This document shows positions 26,863 through 34,812 of a DNA stretch of 41,069 bases, in pieces. The position numbers and the translations under genes were made by a program. A model generated the notes under the pieces. It was not told the origin of the DNA and made no database searches. It saw nothing but the letters and a program-made list of their open reading frames with translations. The DNA is from a virus (taxonomy: Duplodnaviria; Heunggongvirae; Uroviricota; Caudoviricetes), in IMG/VR virus record IMGVR_UViG_2541047748_000013, one strand, 5' to 3'. Numbering within the stretch: the first letter of the stretch is position 1; the number at the start of each line of letters is the position of its first letter.

Positions 26863-28338
26863 TTAAGCATAGGGATCATAATCTGTAATGGCCTTGCCTT
26901 GCTGGTTCTGCTGCCCGGGAATTCGCAGACGCTTAGACACAGGGAACGCAAACGTCAGCAGTAGCGCATCGCCTTTACCCGGCGAACGCCCAAGCCGCTC
27001 CTTGATATCTTCCTTCGGTTCGATAACGATTTTACCGTCCACACGAACTTTGTACTCTGCCGCCGACAGGTCGTCTGCAGTTTCCTGGTCATCCAGCATG
27101 CCGCCGAGCCTCAGCCATGTCTTGCATGAGTTGAACATCTCCCCACGCTTGTTGAGCATCTGCGGGTCAGTAGACGCGCCACCGAACGGAACAAGTTGCC
27201 ATGTACGTCCCCAGCCATCACCGATTGACTTCAAACCGGTTCCGTAACCGAAGTCGATGAACACCGCGTCAGCCTGATACTGGTCTTCAAAGTCAGCGAT
27301 ACGCTTCGCCATAATCAGATCGTCGGTAGTCTTGTTGCCAGTCCACAGCACCTTACTGTGTAGCCCCTGCCGCAGGTATATCACCGCGTCATCAACGCCT
27401 GAATATGCCGGGTCAACACCGATTATCACCGGAGCATGTGCAACCTGCGCAGCGGTAACCACCCGCTTCATGGCCTCGTCTGTAAGGCCTGTTGGGATAA
27501 ACTGGAGTTCTGACGCGTCAGGGAAGATCCCCCGCACGCGGACCTTCACGAAGTCGCTGTCTTCGCCGTAGTCGTCAACCCATTTCTGCAGCTGCTGCTT
27601 GTTTGTGCCTTCCACGGTGCGGCTGTCAATCTGCGCGCACTTCCAGCGGTGCTTGTACTTGCGGAAGCATTCGCGGAAGCGCCCGGTGTTACGCGTCGGG
27701 TTCCCAAACGCCACCCAGATAATTTCCGTGTCTTCGTCCGTAAGCGCACCCTCAGCAACTTCCCACACCAGATCCGCAATGTTCGACGCTTCATCGAATA
27801 CCACGATGATGCGTTTGCGCTCGTTGTGTAGTCCGGCGAATGCCTCGGTGTTGTGCTCAGACCAGGGTATTGCGTCAGCCCGCCACCGCTTGTCGTGCCC
27901 TAGGTCATTGCTGTACATCGCGGTAGCGGTACAGGTAAACCAGTCTTTCGTGATAGCAAGGTTCGACCACTTGATAATTTCCGGCCAGGTCTTCGTTCGT
28001 AGCTGGTTGTCGGTGTTGGCGGTCACCACGACCTTACAATCCTCGCAAGTGGACATGCCCCAGTTGATCAGCATTGAGATGAATGCGGATTTACCAATAC
28101 CGTGACCAGAAGCGCGTGCCAGCATAAGCGGCTGATAGCGCGTCTCTGGATTCTGCAGGTGATCACGTATCTCTCGGAACGCATCAGCCTGCCACTGACG
28201 TGGGCCGGTGGCATGTGCCAGTTCAGTCCCCTCTTCCCCCCACGGGAACGCATAGAGGGCATAGCCAAGCGGATCGTGAGTGAACCCTGCAATATCCTCG
28301 ATTAACTGCTCTTCAGGAGATAACGCTGTATCTGTCAC
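26863..28338 (-). CDS. Terminase large subunit
   Basis: 491 aa; N-terminal ATPase-like region (GHGIGKSAF Walker A-like) and C-terminal nuclease-like region; overlaps small subunit stop. Confidence 0.85.
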   Translation of the reverse strand: MTDTALSPEEQLIEDIAGFTHDPLGYALYAFPWGEEGTELAHATGPRQWQADAFREIRDHLQNPETRYQPLMLARASGHGIGKSAFISMLINWGMSTCEDCKVVVTANTDNQLRTKTWPEIIKWSNLAITKDWFTCTATAMYSNDLGHDKRWRADAIPWSEHNTEAFAGLHNERKRIIVVFDEASNIADLVWEVAEGALTDEDTEIIWVAFGNPTRNTGRFRECFRKYKHRWKCAQIDSRTVEGTNKQQLQKWVDDYGEDSDFVKVRVRGIFPDASELQFIPTGLTDEAMKRVVTAAQVAHAPVIIGVDPAYSGVDDAVIYLRQGLHSKVLWTGNKTTDDLIMAKRIADFEDQYQADAVFIDFGYGTGLKSIGDGWGRTWQLVPFGGASTDPQMLNKRGEMFNSCKTWLRLGGMLDDQETADDLSAAEYKVRVDGKIVIEPKEDIKERLGRSPGKGDALLLTFAFPVSKRLRIPGQQNQQGKAITDYDPYA

Positions 28339-28931
28339 TGATTGCCATCCTGACGTTCTTTCAGTCTCTTCCTGGCTGCCGCTATGCGATCAGCAATTGT
28401 CACATTCACATTAACATCCAGGCGTTCTTTGAATGCGTTGACGTCGACGTGCTTACCAATCAGTTCGAGGTTCTTCACCTTGTCAGGCCATTTAATTTTT
28501 TTGAGGATTGTCTCTATCGAATCCTCGTTCATGTTCATGATGGTCGATGACAGATCAAAGCCACTAAGCGTAGTGCGCCAGATTTTCGGCCACTCGCGGA
28601 TTGGCTTAAGGCTCCCATCGTCGTTGAGGATGTCGATCACGTCCATCTGGTCGATCTCCACCAGGCGCATGAGAACGTAATCAGCACTGACGCGCATTCG
28701 TTTGTTGCGCTCCTCCATCAACTCGGCAATCCGTTTTTGAATGCGTTCATCGCGCATCATGACACTGGCTTTAACTGCCGCTGTATTTGGGGAGAATCCT
28801 GCGTTAATCGCTGCCTGAGTCTGGTTTTCAGGCGTTTTGATGTATGACTGGCAATAAGCCTCCTGCATTGCTGTTAGTGGCTTAAATTGCGTTGATTTGC
28901 GTTTATAGGCTTTAGGTTCAGCAGGCATCAT
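28335..28931 (-). CDS. Terminase small subunit
   Basis: About 198 aa from internal Met pair (MMPAEP); immediately upstream of large subunit; listed ORF start at 29009 judged too far upstream. Confidence 0.7.
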   Translation of the reverse strand: MMPAEPKAYKRKSTQFKPLTAMQEAYCQSYIKTPENQTQAAINAGFSPNTAAVKASVMMRDERIQKRIAELMEERNKRMRVSADYVLMRLVEIDQMDVIDILNDDGSLKPIREWPKIWRTTLSGFDLSSTIMNMNEDSIETILKKIKWPDKVKNLELIGKHVDVNAFKERLDVNVNVTIADRIAAARKRLKERQDGNQ

Positions 28932-28948
28932 AACCACCGTGGTAATAG

Positions 28949-28963
28949 TTACCGTTGTGGTAA
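28949..28963. promoter_or_regulatory. TTACC-N5-GGTAA dyad cluster just upstream of the terminase small subunit start
   Basis: TTACCGTTGTGGTAA flanked by GGTAATAGTTACC and GGTAATAGTACC. Confidence 0.45.
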
Positions 28964-28971
28964 TAGTACCA

Positions 28972-29000
28972 TGCAAAATAAAGCCGCCATAGTTGGCGGC
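28972..29000 (-). terminator. Intrinsic terminator (minus orientation) in front of the packaging/late operon
   Basis: Minus-strand hairpin GCCGCC aactat GGCGGC followed by TTTATTTTG. Confidence 0.5.
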
Positions 29001-29041
29001 AGTATTCAAACCCCATCAAATTCATCATGCATAATCTACTC

Positions 29042-29053
29042 GTGACATGTCAC
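29042..29053. repeat. 12-bp palindrome GTGACATGTCAC, copy 3 of 3; contains the TGA stop of the 29050-29391 gene
   Basis: Exact 12-mer; about 40 nt upstream (minus direction) of the terminator hairpin. Confidence 0.6.
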
Positions 29054-29391
29054 ACTATTAATTTCGTTTCATGCCAGCCTTTAGTCACCCAGCATTGCGA
29101 GTCACCATCACACGGGCATGAATTCACAGGAACTCTCTCGCCGCACTTACCGCAACGTTTTCTGCTGATCGATTTTATACGCCCGTGCACGCGTGCATCA
29201 TCCTGGCGGATCAGTAACGCTATATACTCACCAAATTCGTAAGGCGCACGCCCGGGGCGACGCGTGGCACAGTTACGCTCCAGCATTTCAATTTCCTGAG
29301 CATCAAGCACAATTTCCAGCTTACGCACACCAGATGCAGCTTGTCTGGCTCTCTGAGCGGCTTTGCGCTCTGCTGCTGATTTAGCCATCAA
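29050..29391 (-). CDS. Zn-ribbon protein (C-terminal CxxC...CPC), candidate late-gene regulator
   Basis: 113 aa; basic Ala/Arg-rich N-terminus and Cys4 cluster CGKCG...CPCDG; last gene before late terminator and terminase. Confidence 0.5.
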   Translation of the reverse strand: MMAKSAAERKAAQRARQAASGVRKLEIVLDAQEIEMLERNCATRRPGRAPYEFGEYIALLIRQDDARVHGRIKSISRKRCGKCGERVPVNSCPCDGDSQCWVTKGWHETKLIV

Positions 29392-29662
29392 TATTCACCT
29401 TTATCGCGAACACCTTTACCGGTTTATCGCCGAAGTGGGGATGTGTGATTGTCTTGATTTCATATCCGTCATACGGAATATCAATTCTGCGGCTGGAATC
29501 GTCGCGCTTCGGATATCCCTTTGTGATAATCAGGCGGTCATACTCGCGGAACATAATTCGCTTATTCCAGTAGTCATTACACAGGCGATACTCTTCCGTT
29601 TTCTCTCCGCGAATCATGGCATCGAAGTATTCACCTTTAACGGCAAGTTGCAGGTTAGCCAC
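29381..29662 (-). CDS. DUF3850/ASCH-like (PUA-fold) phage protein
   Basis: 93 aa; recalled resemblance (VKGEYFDAMIRGEKTEEYR). Confidence 0.5.
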   Translation of the reverse strand: MANLQLAVKGEYFDAMIRGEKTEEYRLCNDYWNKRIMFREYDRLIITKGYPKRDDSSRRIDIPYDGYEIKTITHPHFGDKPVKVFAIKVNIDG

Positions 29663-29745
29663 GACCTTCCTCCTTTGGCTTGTGAATTTGTATCGTCATG
29701 CCGCTTTGAGTGGTGACTACAACGACAGAACCAGGCTGAAGACTG

Positions 29746-29943
29746 TTAAGATTGAATGCTTCGTAAAACGAAGCCAAGGCCAGCGCTTTTTTTATTCTTT
29801 CGGTTCCACCAACGCCATCCATTGCTACAGGCTACACTGACAATCCACTGTCCACTCCTGTAAGCCATATAAAACCAGATGAGCAAAACCTGAATGAATG
29901 CTATCCAGTCAATAATCGTATATTTCGCGAAGGAGACCATCAA
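29746..29943 (-). CDS. Possible small membrane protein
   Basis: 65 aa, hydrophobic N-terminal helix, start abuts upstream gene stop; weak support. Confidence 0.3.
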   Translation of the reverse strand: MMVSFAKYTIIDWIAFIQVLLIWFYMAYRSGQWIVSVACSNGWRWWNRKNKKSAGLGFVLRSIQS

Positions 29944-30512
29944 TTAACCTCCTGCGGCGGTTCCGGTAGAGGCATCCAGTACAAGGCGTTCCCTAACCAC
30001 GATAAAGTGCCGTCGCTCAACTCCACGTATTCCCCTTGTACCTGTCCTGCCATATACTCGCCGTGCTTTGAATAAATTAAAATCCAATCATCTTGAGCGG
30101 GCATTCGCTCACTACAGCTTATCCAACCATCCGGAGTTACCGGATAGTTGCCCGACAGCTCGTTCAACTTGTAAGTTTGGCTTACAGGTTCGGCTTCCAG
30201 TTCTGCAATGCGCTTCTCTGCAGCTTCCAGCTCAACGCGCAGCTTCCCTACCGTTAGCGCAATTTCCTCGTTCTCCTGGTCGCGGCGTTTGATGTATTGC
30301 TGGTTTCTTTCCCGTTCATCCAGCAGCGCCAGCACGGTTTCTGGTCCGGTCAGAAATTTGAAGGCGTTGAGCGCATCAATATCCACACCGTAATCCTTAA
30401 GTTCCTGTTCACTTAACAAATCATCATCAACTGGCAACATTAACAGGCGTTCCATTGCCGGAATTGCACGTTCTGCCGCCTCACGCAGTGCCTGATAGTC
30501 AATCTTGTTCAC
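29940..30512 (-). CDS. DUF551-domain protein (coiled-coil N-terminus)
   Basis: C-terminal WISCSERMPAQDDWILIY...ALYWMPLPEPP motif; start placed at GTG with AAGGGAG RBS 7 nt upstream instead of the listed ATG at 30593. Confidence 0.55.
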   Translation of the reverse strand: MNKIDYQALREAAERAIPAMERLLMLPVDDDLLSEQELKDYGVDIDALNAFKFLTGPETVLALLDERERNQQYIKRRDQENEEIALTVGKLRVELEAAEKRIAELEAEPVSQTYKLNELSGNYPVTPDGWISCSERMPAQDDWILIYSKHGEYMAGQVQGEYVELSDGTLSWLGNALYWMPLPEPPQEVN

Positions 30513-30804
30513 TGGTTGTCTCCCTTGCAGGGCTTTCGAATGTATCAAACTCAAACAACTTAACCACGTCATCAAACAGGACATAATCGCCATCAGGATC
30601 TTCAGTCATGTCAGCGCCACACTCCTGACCGAACGAGTCACAACCATCCATATCAAGCTCGTATCGCTTCAGGTTTGCGATATTTGATAAATTCAGCGCC
30701 AGTACAGCTAGGGCATAAACCTCTTCGGCGGTATACCCTGCGCCATGCCCATACATTTCAATGCGGGATATGATTTCTTCTACCCGTTGTTTTGTGATCG
30801 TCAT
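30499..30804 (-). CDS. Acidic hypothetical protein
   Basis: 101 aa, contiguous in nin-like operon. Confidence 0.5.
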   Translation of the reverse strand: MTITKQRVEEIISRIEMYGHGAGYTAEEVYALAVLALNLSNIANLKRYELDMDGCDSFGQECGADMTEDPDGDYVLFDDVVKLFEFDTFESPARETTSEQD

Positions 30805-31280
30805 TTTTGCTCACCTCCATGTTCTTCCAGAAAAATACGCATAGCCTCAAGCATCTCTTCGGTGTCATACGGAGACAGCTTGTCACGCAGGATGTGTTCA
30901 ATGCTGTTAATGAACTTTCGGATTGCTTTGCGTTCAATTTCAGTCAGGAAAGCATCGGTGGCTGGGGTGTCTGATTGCAGAGACTTTGCGCGATAGTCAT
31001 TCCACCCTCTTGCATACATGGGATTAACTCGCACTCCATCTTTTACGCAATATGCCTGCCCTCCACGGTTGATAACCTTGATTTCGTCCATAGCGCCAGA
31101 CTTCAGCCCCGCATTCTCTGCCGCCAGCGCATTAGCACGCACCAGTTGCACTTCCAGTTGCGTTGCCAAATCGCTGATCAGCTTTGCCACACTGCGCATA
31201 TCAACGGCACCACATTCTGCTTTCAGTTCCGAAGCCATCTCATGCCCGGCGGCAACTAACCCTTTGATATTACTTTCCAT
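30801..31280 (-). CDS. Hypothetical protein (possibly Ead/Ea22-like)
   Basis: 159 aa, coiled-coil N-terminus; 4-nt overlap with next gene. Confidence 0.5.
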   Translation of the reverse strand: MESNIKGLVAAGHEMASELKAECGAVDMRSVAKLISDLATQLEVQLVRANALAAENAGLKSGAMDEIKVINRGGQAYCVKDGVRVNPMYARGWNDYRAKSLQSDTPATDAFLTEIERKAIRKFINSIEHILRDKLSPYDTEEMLEAMRIFLEEHGGEQK

Positions 31281-31341
31281 CTTTACCCTCGCTTATCCAC
31301 ATAACTTATTGATTACATTGATAACTAAAAAGATCGTCGAT

Positions 31342-31686
31342 TCAGAACTCTTCGATGTTCCAGCCACCACCTGCTTTCTTTGGTTTAACCGTTACCCCGA
31401 TGATTCGGAACGGATACTGATCTGCGGCGACTTTGGTTTTCACCCTGGCGTCGTCGGTCCAGAAACCTTTCACTTCGTGCAGTTCCATCTCTCCGGTGGC
31501 GAGCATCACAGCGAAATCTGGCGTATAGAACGTGTTGTCAGCTAACCGCAGCTTGATACCCTCGAATCGATACCAGGCGATTTCCCCTGCACGTTTACGC
31601 AGCTCAAGGTGCTGGCAATACGCAGATTCAGTTTTGTTCATCTGGCCTGTTTTGAGTCGACCAAGAGCCTGTATCTGTTTTCTCAT
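31342..31686 (-). CDS. DUF1064-like phage protein (possible nuclease fold)
   Basis: 114 aa; own promoter-like element and operator dyad overlapping the RBS. Confidence 0.5.
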   Translation of the reverse strand: MRKQIQALGRLKTGQMNKTESAYCQHLELRKRAGEIAWYRFEGIKLRLADNTFYTPDFAVMLATGEMELHEVKGFWTDDARVKTKVAADQYPFRIIGVTVKPKKAGGGWNIEEF

Positions 31687-31689
31687 GAT

Positions 31690-31704
31690 TTACCTCTGAG
31701 GTAA
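31690..31704. promoter_or_regulatory. TTACC-N5-GGTAA dyad overlapping the Shine-Dalgarno of the DUF1064-like gene
   Basis: TTACCTCTGAGGTAA 4 nt from the start codon; the GAGG of the right arm is the only RBS-like element. Confidence 0.5.
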
Positions 31705-31751
31705 TTAAAAACCACATAAGACATGAAATCAATAGAGTTTATAATATTTTG

Positions 31752-31766
31752 TTACCTAACAGGTAA
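31752..31766. promoter_or_regulatory. TTACC-N5-GGTAA dyad between replication and nin-like genes
   Basis: TTACCTAACAGGTAA. Confidence 0.45.
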
Positions 31767-31803
31767 TTATCGAGGCGTAAAAAAATGCGCTATCGCGCTG
31801 GTA

Positions 31804-32580
31804 TTACTTGATAAATCCTGCCGCCTTTCCCCGCCTGTATTCCTCCATCAGCCACTGCGCCGGTGTTATTCCCCCAAGGGTGGCGGCGTTAGGCATGCAC
31901 CCGAAACTTCGCCCTGGTGGATGGTAAACGTCTCTCCCTGTGTCCGGAGGTGTACTCATGGGCTCTGGCTTTGCCTGTATGCTGATCACCGGATCGGGTA
32001 TCTGCTGTCCGGAAGCCACCTTTTTCGCCCAATCATCGAGCAGCCTGCGCGCGTGTTTCTCAACCTCACTCTCGCTAAGCTGGCGCTGATACATTGCACG
32101 ACGGGTATCACATACGACCCAGTACATAACCGGATGCCGCCACGGGAATCTTTCGGGACCACCAGGATATAAACTTTTTTCCTTGCTGTACCGGTGAAAC
32201 TCCGCCATCACATCGTCAATGGTGACGCCAAGAACCATCTTGCTGTCTTTGCACCACTTGATGAATTGCCCTGGCGACGGCCAGAACGGAGATTCACTGG
32301 CGCGGGCGTGGCGCATACCAGCGTTAACCTGTTCCATTGTAGTGATCCCATTCTCCAGAAACGCAAGCATCCATTGCTTACGGAATTCATTAAGTTTGTT
32401 CTGCTCCCTTATGGTCGAAACGCTTGCAGGAAATGCAGCCTGTAACTGGACAAATAGTTCATTGAAAATTCTAGCAACCTGCTCCTTTTTGCCATTGCTG
32501 TCACGCCGCTCTTCATGCACAGCAACACCATGCTCACGTAAGCGATCGTACTCATTGAGAAGTTCTGGAGTTGATTTCAT
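31804..32580 (-). CDS. P: Replication protein P-like helicase loader
   Basis: Recalled strong similarity to lambda P (ENGITTMEQVNAGMR, PSPGQF). Confidence 0.8.
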   Translation of the reverse strand: MKSTPELLNEYDRLREHGVAVHEERRDSNGKKEQVARIFNELFVQLQAAFPASVSTIREQNKLNEFRKQWMLAFLENGITTMEQVNAGMRHARASESPFWPSPGQFIKWCKDSKMVLGVTIDDVMAEFHRYSKEKSLYPGGPERFPWRHPVMYWVVCDTRRAMYQRQLSESEVEKHARRLLDDWAKKVASGQQIPDPVISIQAKPEPMSTPPDTGRDVYHPPGRSFGCMPNAATLGGITPAQWLMEEYRRGKAAGFIK

Positions 32581-33400
32581 CCCACACCCCTTCTATCCAG
32601 TCAGTGTTATTCCAGTCAAGCTCATCGCTTTTCCCGGCATTTTTTGATTTTCCCCTGATATGATTTACGTGCCTGGCGAATTTTTGTTCCCACTGAACCT
32701 GCGTGAACACTTTGCCCTCAGCCATCCAGTAATCCCGGAATGCAGCAAGTTCAGCAGGTGTAAATTCCGGTTCCGGCAGGGCCGTTCCCCACAGCGCAGC
32801 ACGCCGCCGAAAATCTGGCGACGGTAGCCAGCCATCTGTCATCGGAAATTTCCCGATGGGTTCACTCAGGCCATCCAGAAATTCAGGTTCTGCCACCTGC
32901 AACGGCGTACTGTTCGCTTCACTGGTCGGAGCACCCTCGCACACGTGCGCTATGTGTGGGGTTTTATATATATCTTCCTCTTCCTCTTCCTCTGGTAACT
33001 CCTTTTGTAACGCTGTTGGCGTTACTTTTTGCGTTACTCGTTTTCGATGCTCTGCCACTCTTCTATTCGTAAGTGCACGTTTTTTCGATGATTCTCCATT
33101 ATGTCGCTCAAAGTTTGGAAGAATTAGTTTGCCGTCATGATAAGCAAGCCATCCGACGCTAATGAGGGCGTCAGCAAATCCTGTAATAAAAGCGAGTCTA
33201 TCAAGTACTCCTTTTGTAACGCTGCCAGCGTTACCGTCTATTGTTTGCTGGTCAGCCCATGCCCATATACGAACCAGCTTTCCAAGAACAGCATCTGGAT
33301 CAATACCCAGAATTTCTGCTATCTGAAAAATTTCAGGTTTATCAGGAGTGATAACTTCAACCTTAATCCAGCTGCTTGCCATAGGTTTCCCCTCTTGCAC
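32552..33400 (-). CDS. Replication initiator / replisome organizer (lambda O analogue)
   Basis: N-terminal replisome-organizer-like domain, poly-Glu linker, C-terminal DnaT-like region; iterons inside the coding sequence. Confidence 0.7.
   Translation of the reverse strand: MQEGKPMASSWIKVEVITPDKPEIFQIAEILGIDPDAVLGKLVRIWAWADQQTIDGNAGSVTKGVLDRLAFITGFADALISVGWLAYHDGKLILPNFERHNGESSKKRALTNRRVAEHRKRVTQKVTPTALQKELPEEEEEEDIYKTPHIAHVCEGAPTSEANSTPLQVAEPEFLDGLSEPIGKFPMTDGWLPSPDFRRRAALWGTALPEPEFTPAELAAFRDYWMAEGKVFTQVQWEQKFARHVNHIRGKSKNAGKSDELDWNNTDWIEGVWDEINSRTSQ
32960..33234. repeat. Putative replication origin: paired 19-bp palindromic iterons plus AT-rich tract inside the O-like gene
   Basis: GTAACGCTGTTGGCGTTAC (33007-33025) and GTAACGCTGCCAGCGTTAC (33216-33234), both preceded by CTCCTTTT; extra GCGTTAC at 33031; AT-rich GTTTTATATATATC near 32961. 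Confidence 0.5.
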
Positions 33401-33575
33401 TCTTTAGTGCACAAGCAAATTCATTACGATGGCGGTTGGCGCTATTCATTGCACATTCAACACATGTTCCGTTCAGAACATACCTTTCAGAGAGATGGCC
33501 GTGACGGCACCGCTTTCCTGTGAAATAGCGATTTAACCCGGCTTTTGCGGCCTCCATTCTGGTTACTATCTTCAA
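33363..33575 (-). CDS. Small Cys/His-rich protein in the cII position
   Basis: 64-70 aa, CRHGH...CVEC cluster; overlaps O-like start; weak RBS; low support. Confidence 0.3.
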   Translation of the reverse strand: MKIVTRMEAAKAGLNRYFTGKRCRHGHLSERYVLNGTCVECAMNSANRHRNEFACALKSARGETYGKQLD

Positions 33576-33653
33576 TTTTTCCGCCCCTTTTTGTTATTGA
33601 TATTGGCTATTTTGCACAATTGGAAAATTTGATCAACCAGATTTGGTTTTTTA

Positions 33654-33668
33654 TTACCTTTGAGGTAC
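33654..33668. promoter_or_regulatory. TTACC-N5-GGTAC dyad between cro-like and downstream genes
   Basis: TTACCTTTGAGGTAC, imperfect right arm. Confidence 0.4.
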
Positions 33669-33670
33669 GA

Positions 33671-33701
33671 ATAGATATGAAAAGACCGCCGGGTGGCGGT
33701 C
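33671..33701 (-). terminator. Weak intrinsic terminator after the cro-like gene (tR1-like position)
   Basis: GACCGCC-ACCC-GGCGGTC hairpin followed by TTTTCAT on the minus strand. Confidence 0.3.
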
Positions 33702-33723
33702 TACAGAGGGTTGTAGCTGGATA

Positions 33724-33954
33724 TCATGAGTAGAAGAAGTATGCCAGTTCTGCTTTTGAGCGCAGCCATTGTCTTGTTTTACAGGCTTTAAAAAGCCCAT
33801 TCATCAATACCTTACCTGGCATTTTGCGCTTACCTGTTAAGTGAGTCTGGATATAGTGACTCGTCGTTCCGGCTTCCTGTGCGAAGGCTTCACGCTCATC
33901 CGGAGTAAGTGCAAGCCAGTGCTTTTTGAAATCGAAATGTCCGTTATCGCTCAT
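33724..33954 (-). CDS. Cro-like HTH regulator
   Basis: 76 aa; HTH-like segment (FAQEAGTTSHYIQTHLTGKRKMP); divergent from the repressor gene across an operator-rich 154-bp region. Confidence 0.6.
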   Translation of the reverse strand: MSDNGHFDFKKHWLALTPDEREAFAQEAGTTSHYIQTHLTGKRKMPGKVLMNGLFKACKTRQWLRSKAELAYFFYS

Positions 33955-33990
33955 AGCTATTGCCTGATATTTATTTCAGATAATAAATAT

Positions 33991-34053
33991 TCACCCATAA
34001 GGTAACAAAAATCAAGGATAGTTACCTATGGGGTGCATTTACCTGTTGGGTAA
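33991..34053. promoter_or_regulatory. Tripartite operator in the divergent repressor/cro promoter region
   Basis: Three dyads: TCACCCATAAGGTAA (33991-34005), TTACCTATGGGGTGC (34022-34036), TTACCTGTTGGGTAA (34039-34053). Confidence 0.55.
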
Positions 34054-34108
34054 TATTGCTTTAAATTGAATCATCTACTGATTCATATATGAGGCGATTT
34101 CCCAGAAA

Positions 34109-34693
34109 ATGAAAAGTATCCAGGACGTCCGCAGGCAAAATCTCAACGACTTGATCGACCGTGAATTCAATGGTGTTCAGACGCGGATGGCTGAAAAACT
34201 TGGAACTCAGGCAAATCTGGTAAACCGCTGGGCTCTTGGCAAGAAGGTTATCGGCGACCAGGTTGCACGAAAAATTGAAGCTGCCGCCAATAAACCCCGT
34301 AACTGGCTTGATATTGATCGCTCGCTTTCTCAGGAGGGTTTTCAGCCTGTCGGCCCGAGCGATATAGGTCAGCTGGCGGCTCACAACCTGGAACGCTGGA
34401 TGAGCGAAAGCCGCGACCTTTCAACGCAGGGAAAACTACACCGCGCATCCGGCGTCGCCCAGGTGACAATCAGCCGCCTGTTAAACAATGAGGTCAGCGT
34501 TTCCATTTCCACCCTGGAGAATGTTGCATCCGCATTCGGGCGTCACGGCTATGAATTACTGATTCACCCGCACGACCCTGCGACCATCAACTATGATCGC
34601 TCGCGCTACGCATTGTTACCCGAAACCGAGAAAGCAAAGATCGAAAGTTACATTGAATTTGTCATCAACCAGAACGAAAAAAACAAACAATAA
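34109..34693 (+). CDS. CI-type repressor with tandem HTH domains and no S24 peptidase domain
   Basis: 194 aa; two XRE-like HTH segments; no Ala-Gly/Ser-Lys autocleavage domain visible; short leader. Confidence 0.6.
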   Translation: MKSIQDVRRQNLNDLIDREFNGVQTRMAEKLGTQANLVNRWALGKKVIGDQVARKIEAAANKPRNWLDIDRSLSQEGFQPVGPSDIGQLAAHNLERWMSESRDLSTQGKLHRASGVAQVTISRLLNNEVSVSISTLENVASAFGRHGYELLIHPHDPATINYDRSRYALLPETEKAKIESYIEFVINQNEKNKQ

Positions 34694-34715
34694 AATCATA
34701 TTTTTCAGTAAGTAA

Positions 34716-34738
34716 GCCGCCTTCTGGCGGCTTTTTTA
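34716..34738 (+). terminator. Intrinsic terminator after the repressor gene
   Basis: GCCGCC ttct GGCGGC followed by T6. Confidence 0.6.
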
Positions 34739-34750
34739 TTGCCTATACGA

Positions 34751-34765
34751 TTACCTAACGGGTAA
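34751..34765. promoter_or_regulatory. TTACC-N5-GGTAA dyad upstream of early-left promoter
   Basis: TTACCTAACGGGTAA. Confidence 0.5.
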
Positions 34766-34784
34766 TTTTTTTAACTCATATCTA

Positions 34785-34812
34785 TTGACATCAAACCAGA
34801 TACGCATAATCA
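34785..34812 (+). promoter_or_regulatory. Putative early-left (PL-like) promoter
   Basis: TTGACA at 34785-34790, CATAAT-like -10 around 34805-34812, bracketed by two operator dyads. Confidence 0.45.

Noticed and set aside
28932-29009. Upstream extension of the terminase small-subunit ORF to 29009
   Set aside because: The extension (MNTAANYGGFILHGTITTTVTITTVV) is read through the operator cluster and terminator hairpin; the Met pair at 28931 is the more plausible start.
31723-32172. Plus-strand ORF (149 aa) antisense to the P-like gene
   Set aside because: Antisense to a gene with clear lambda P similarity; begins within the operator cassette.
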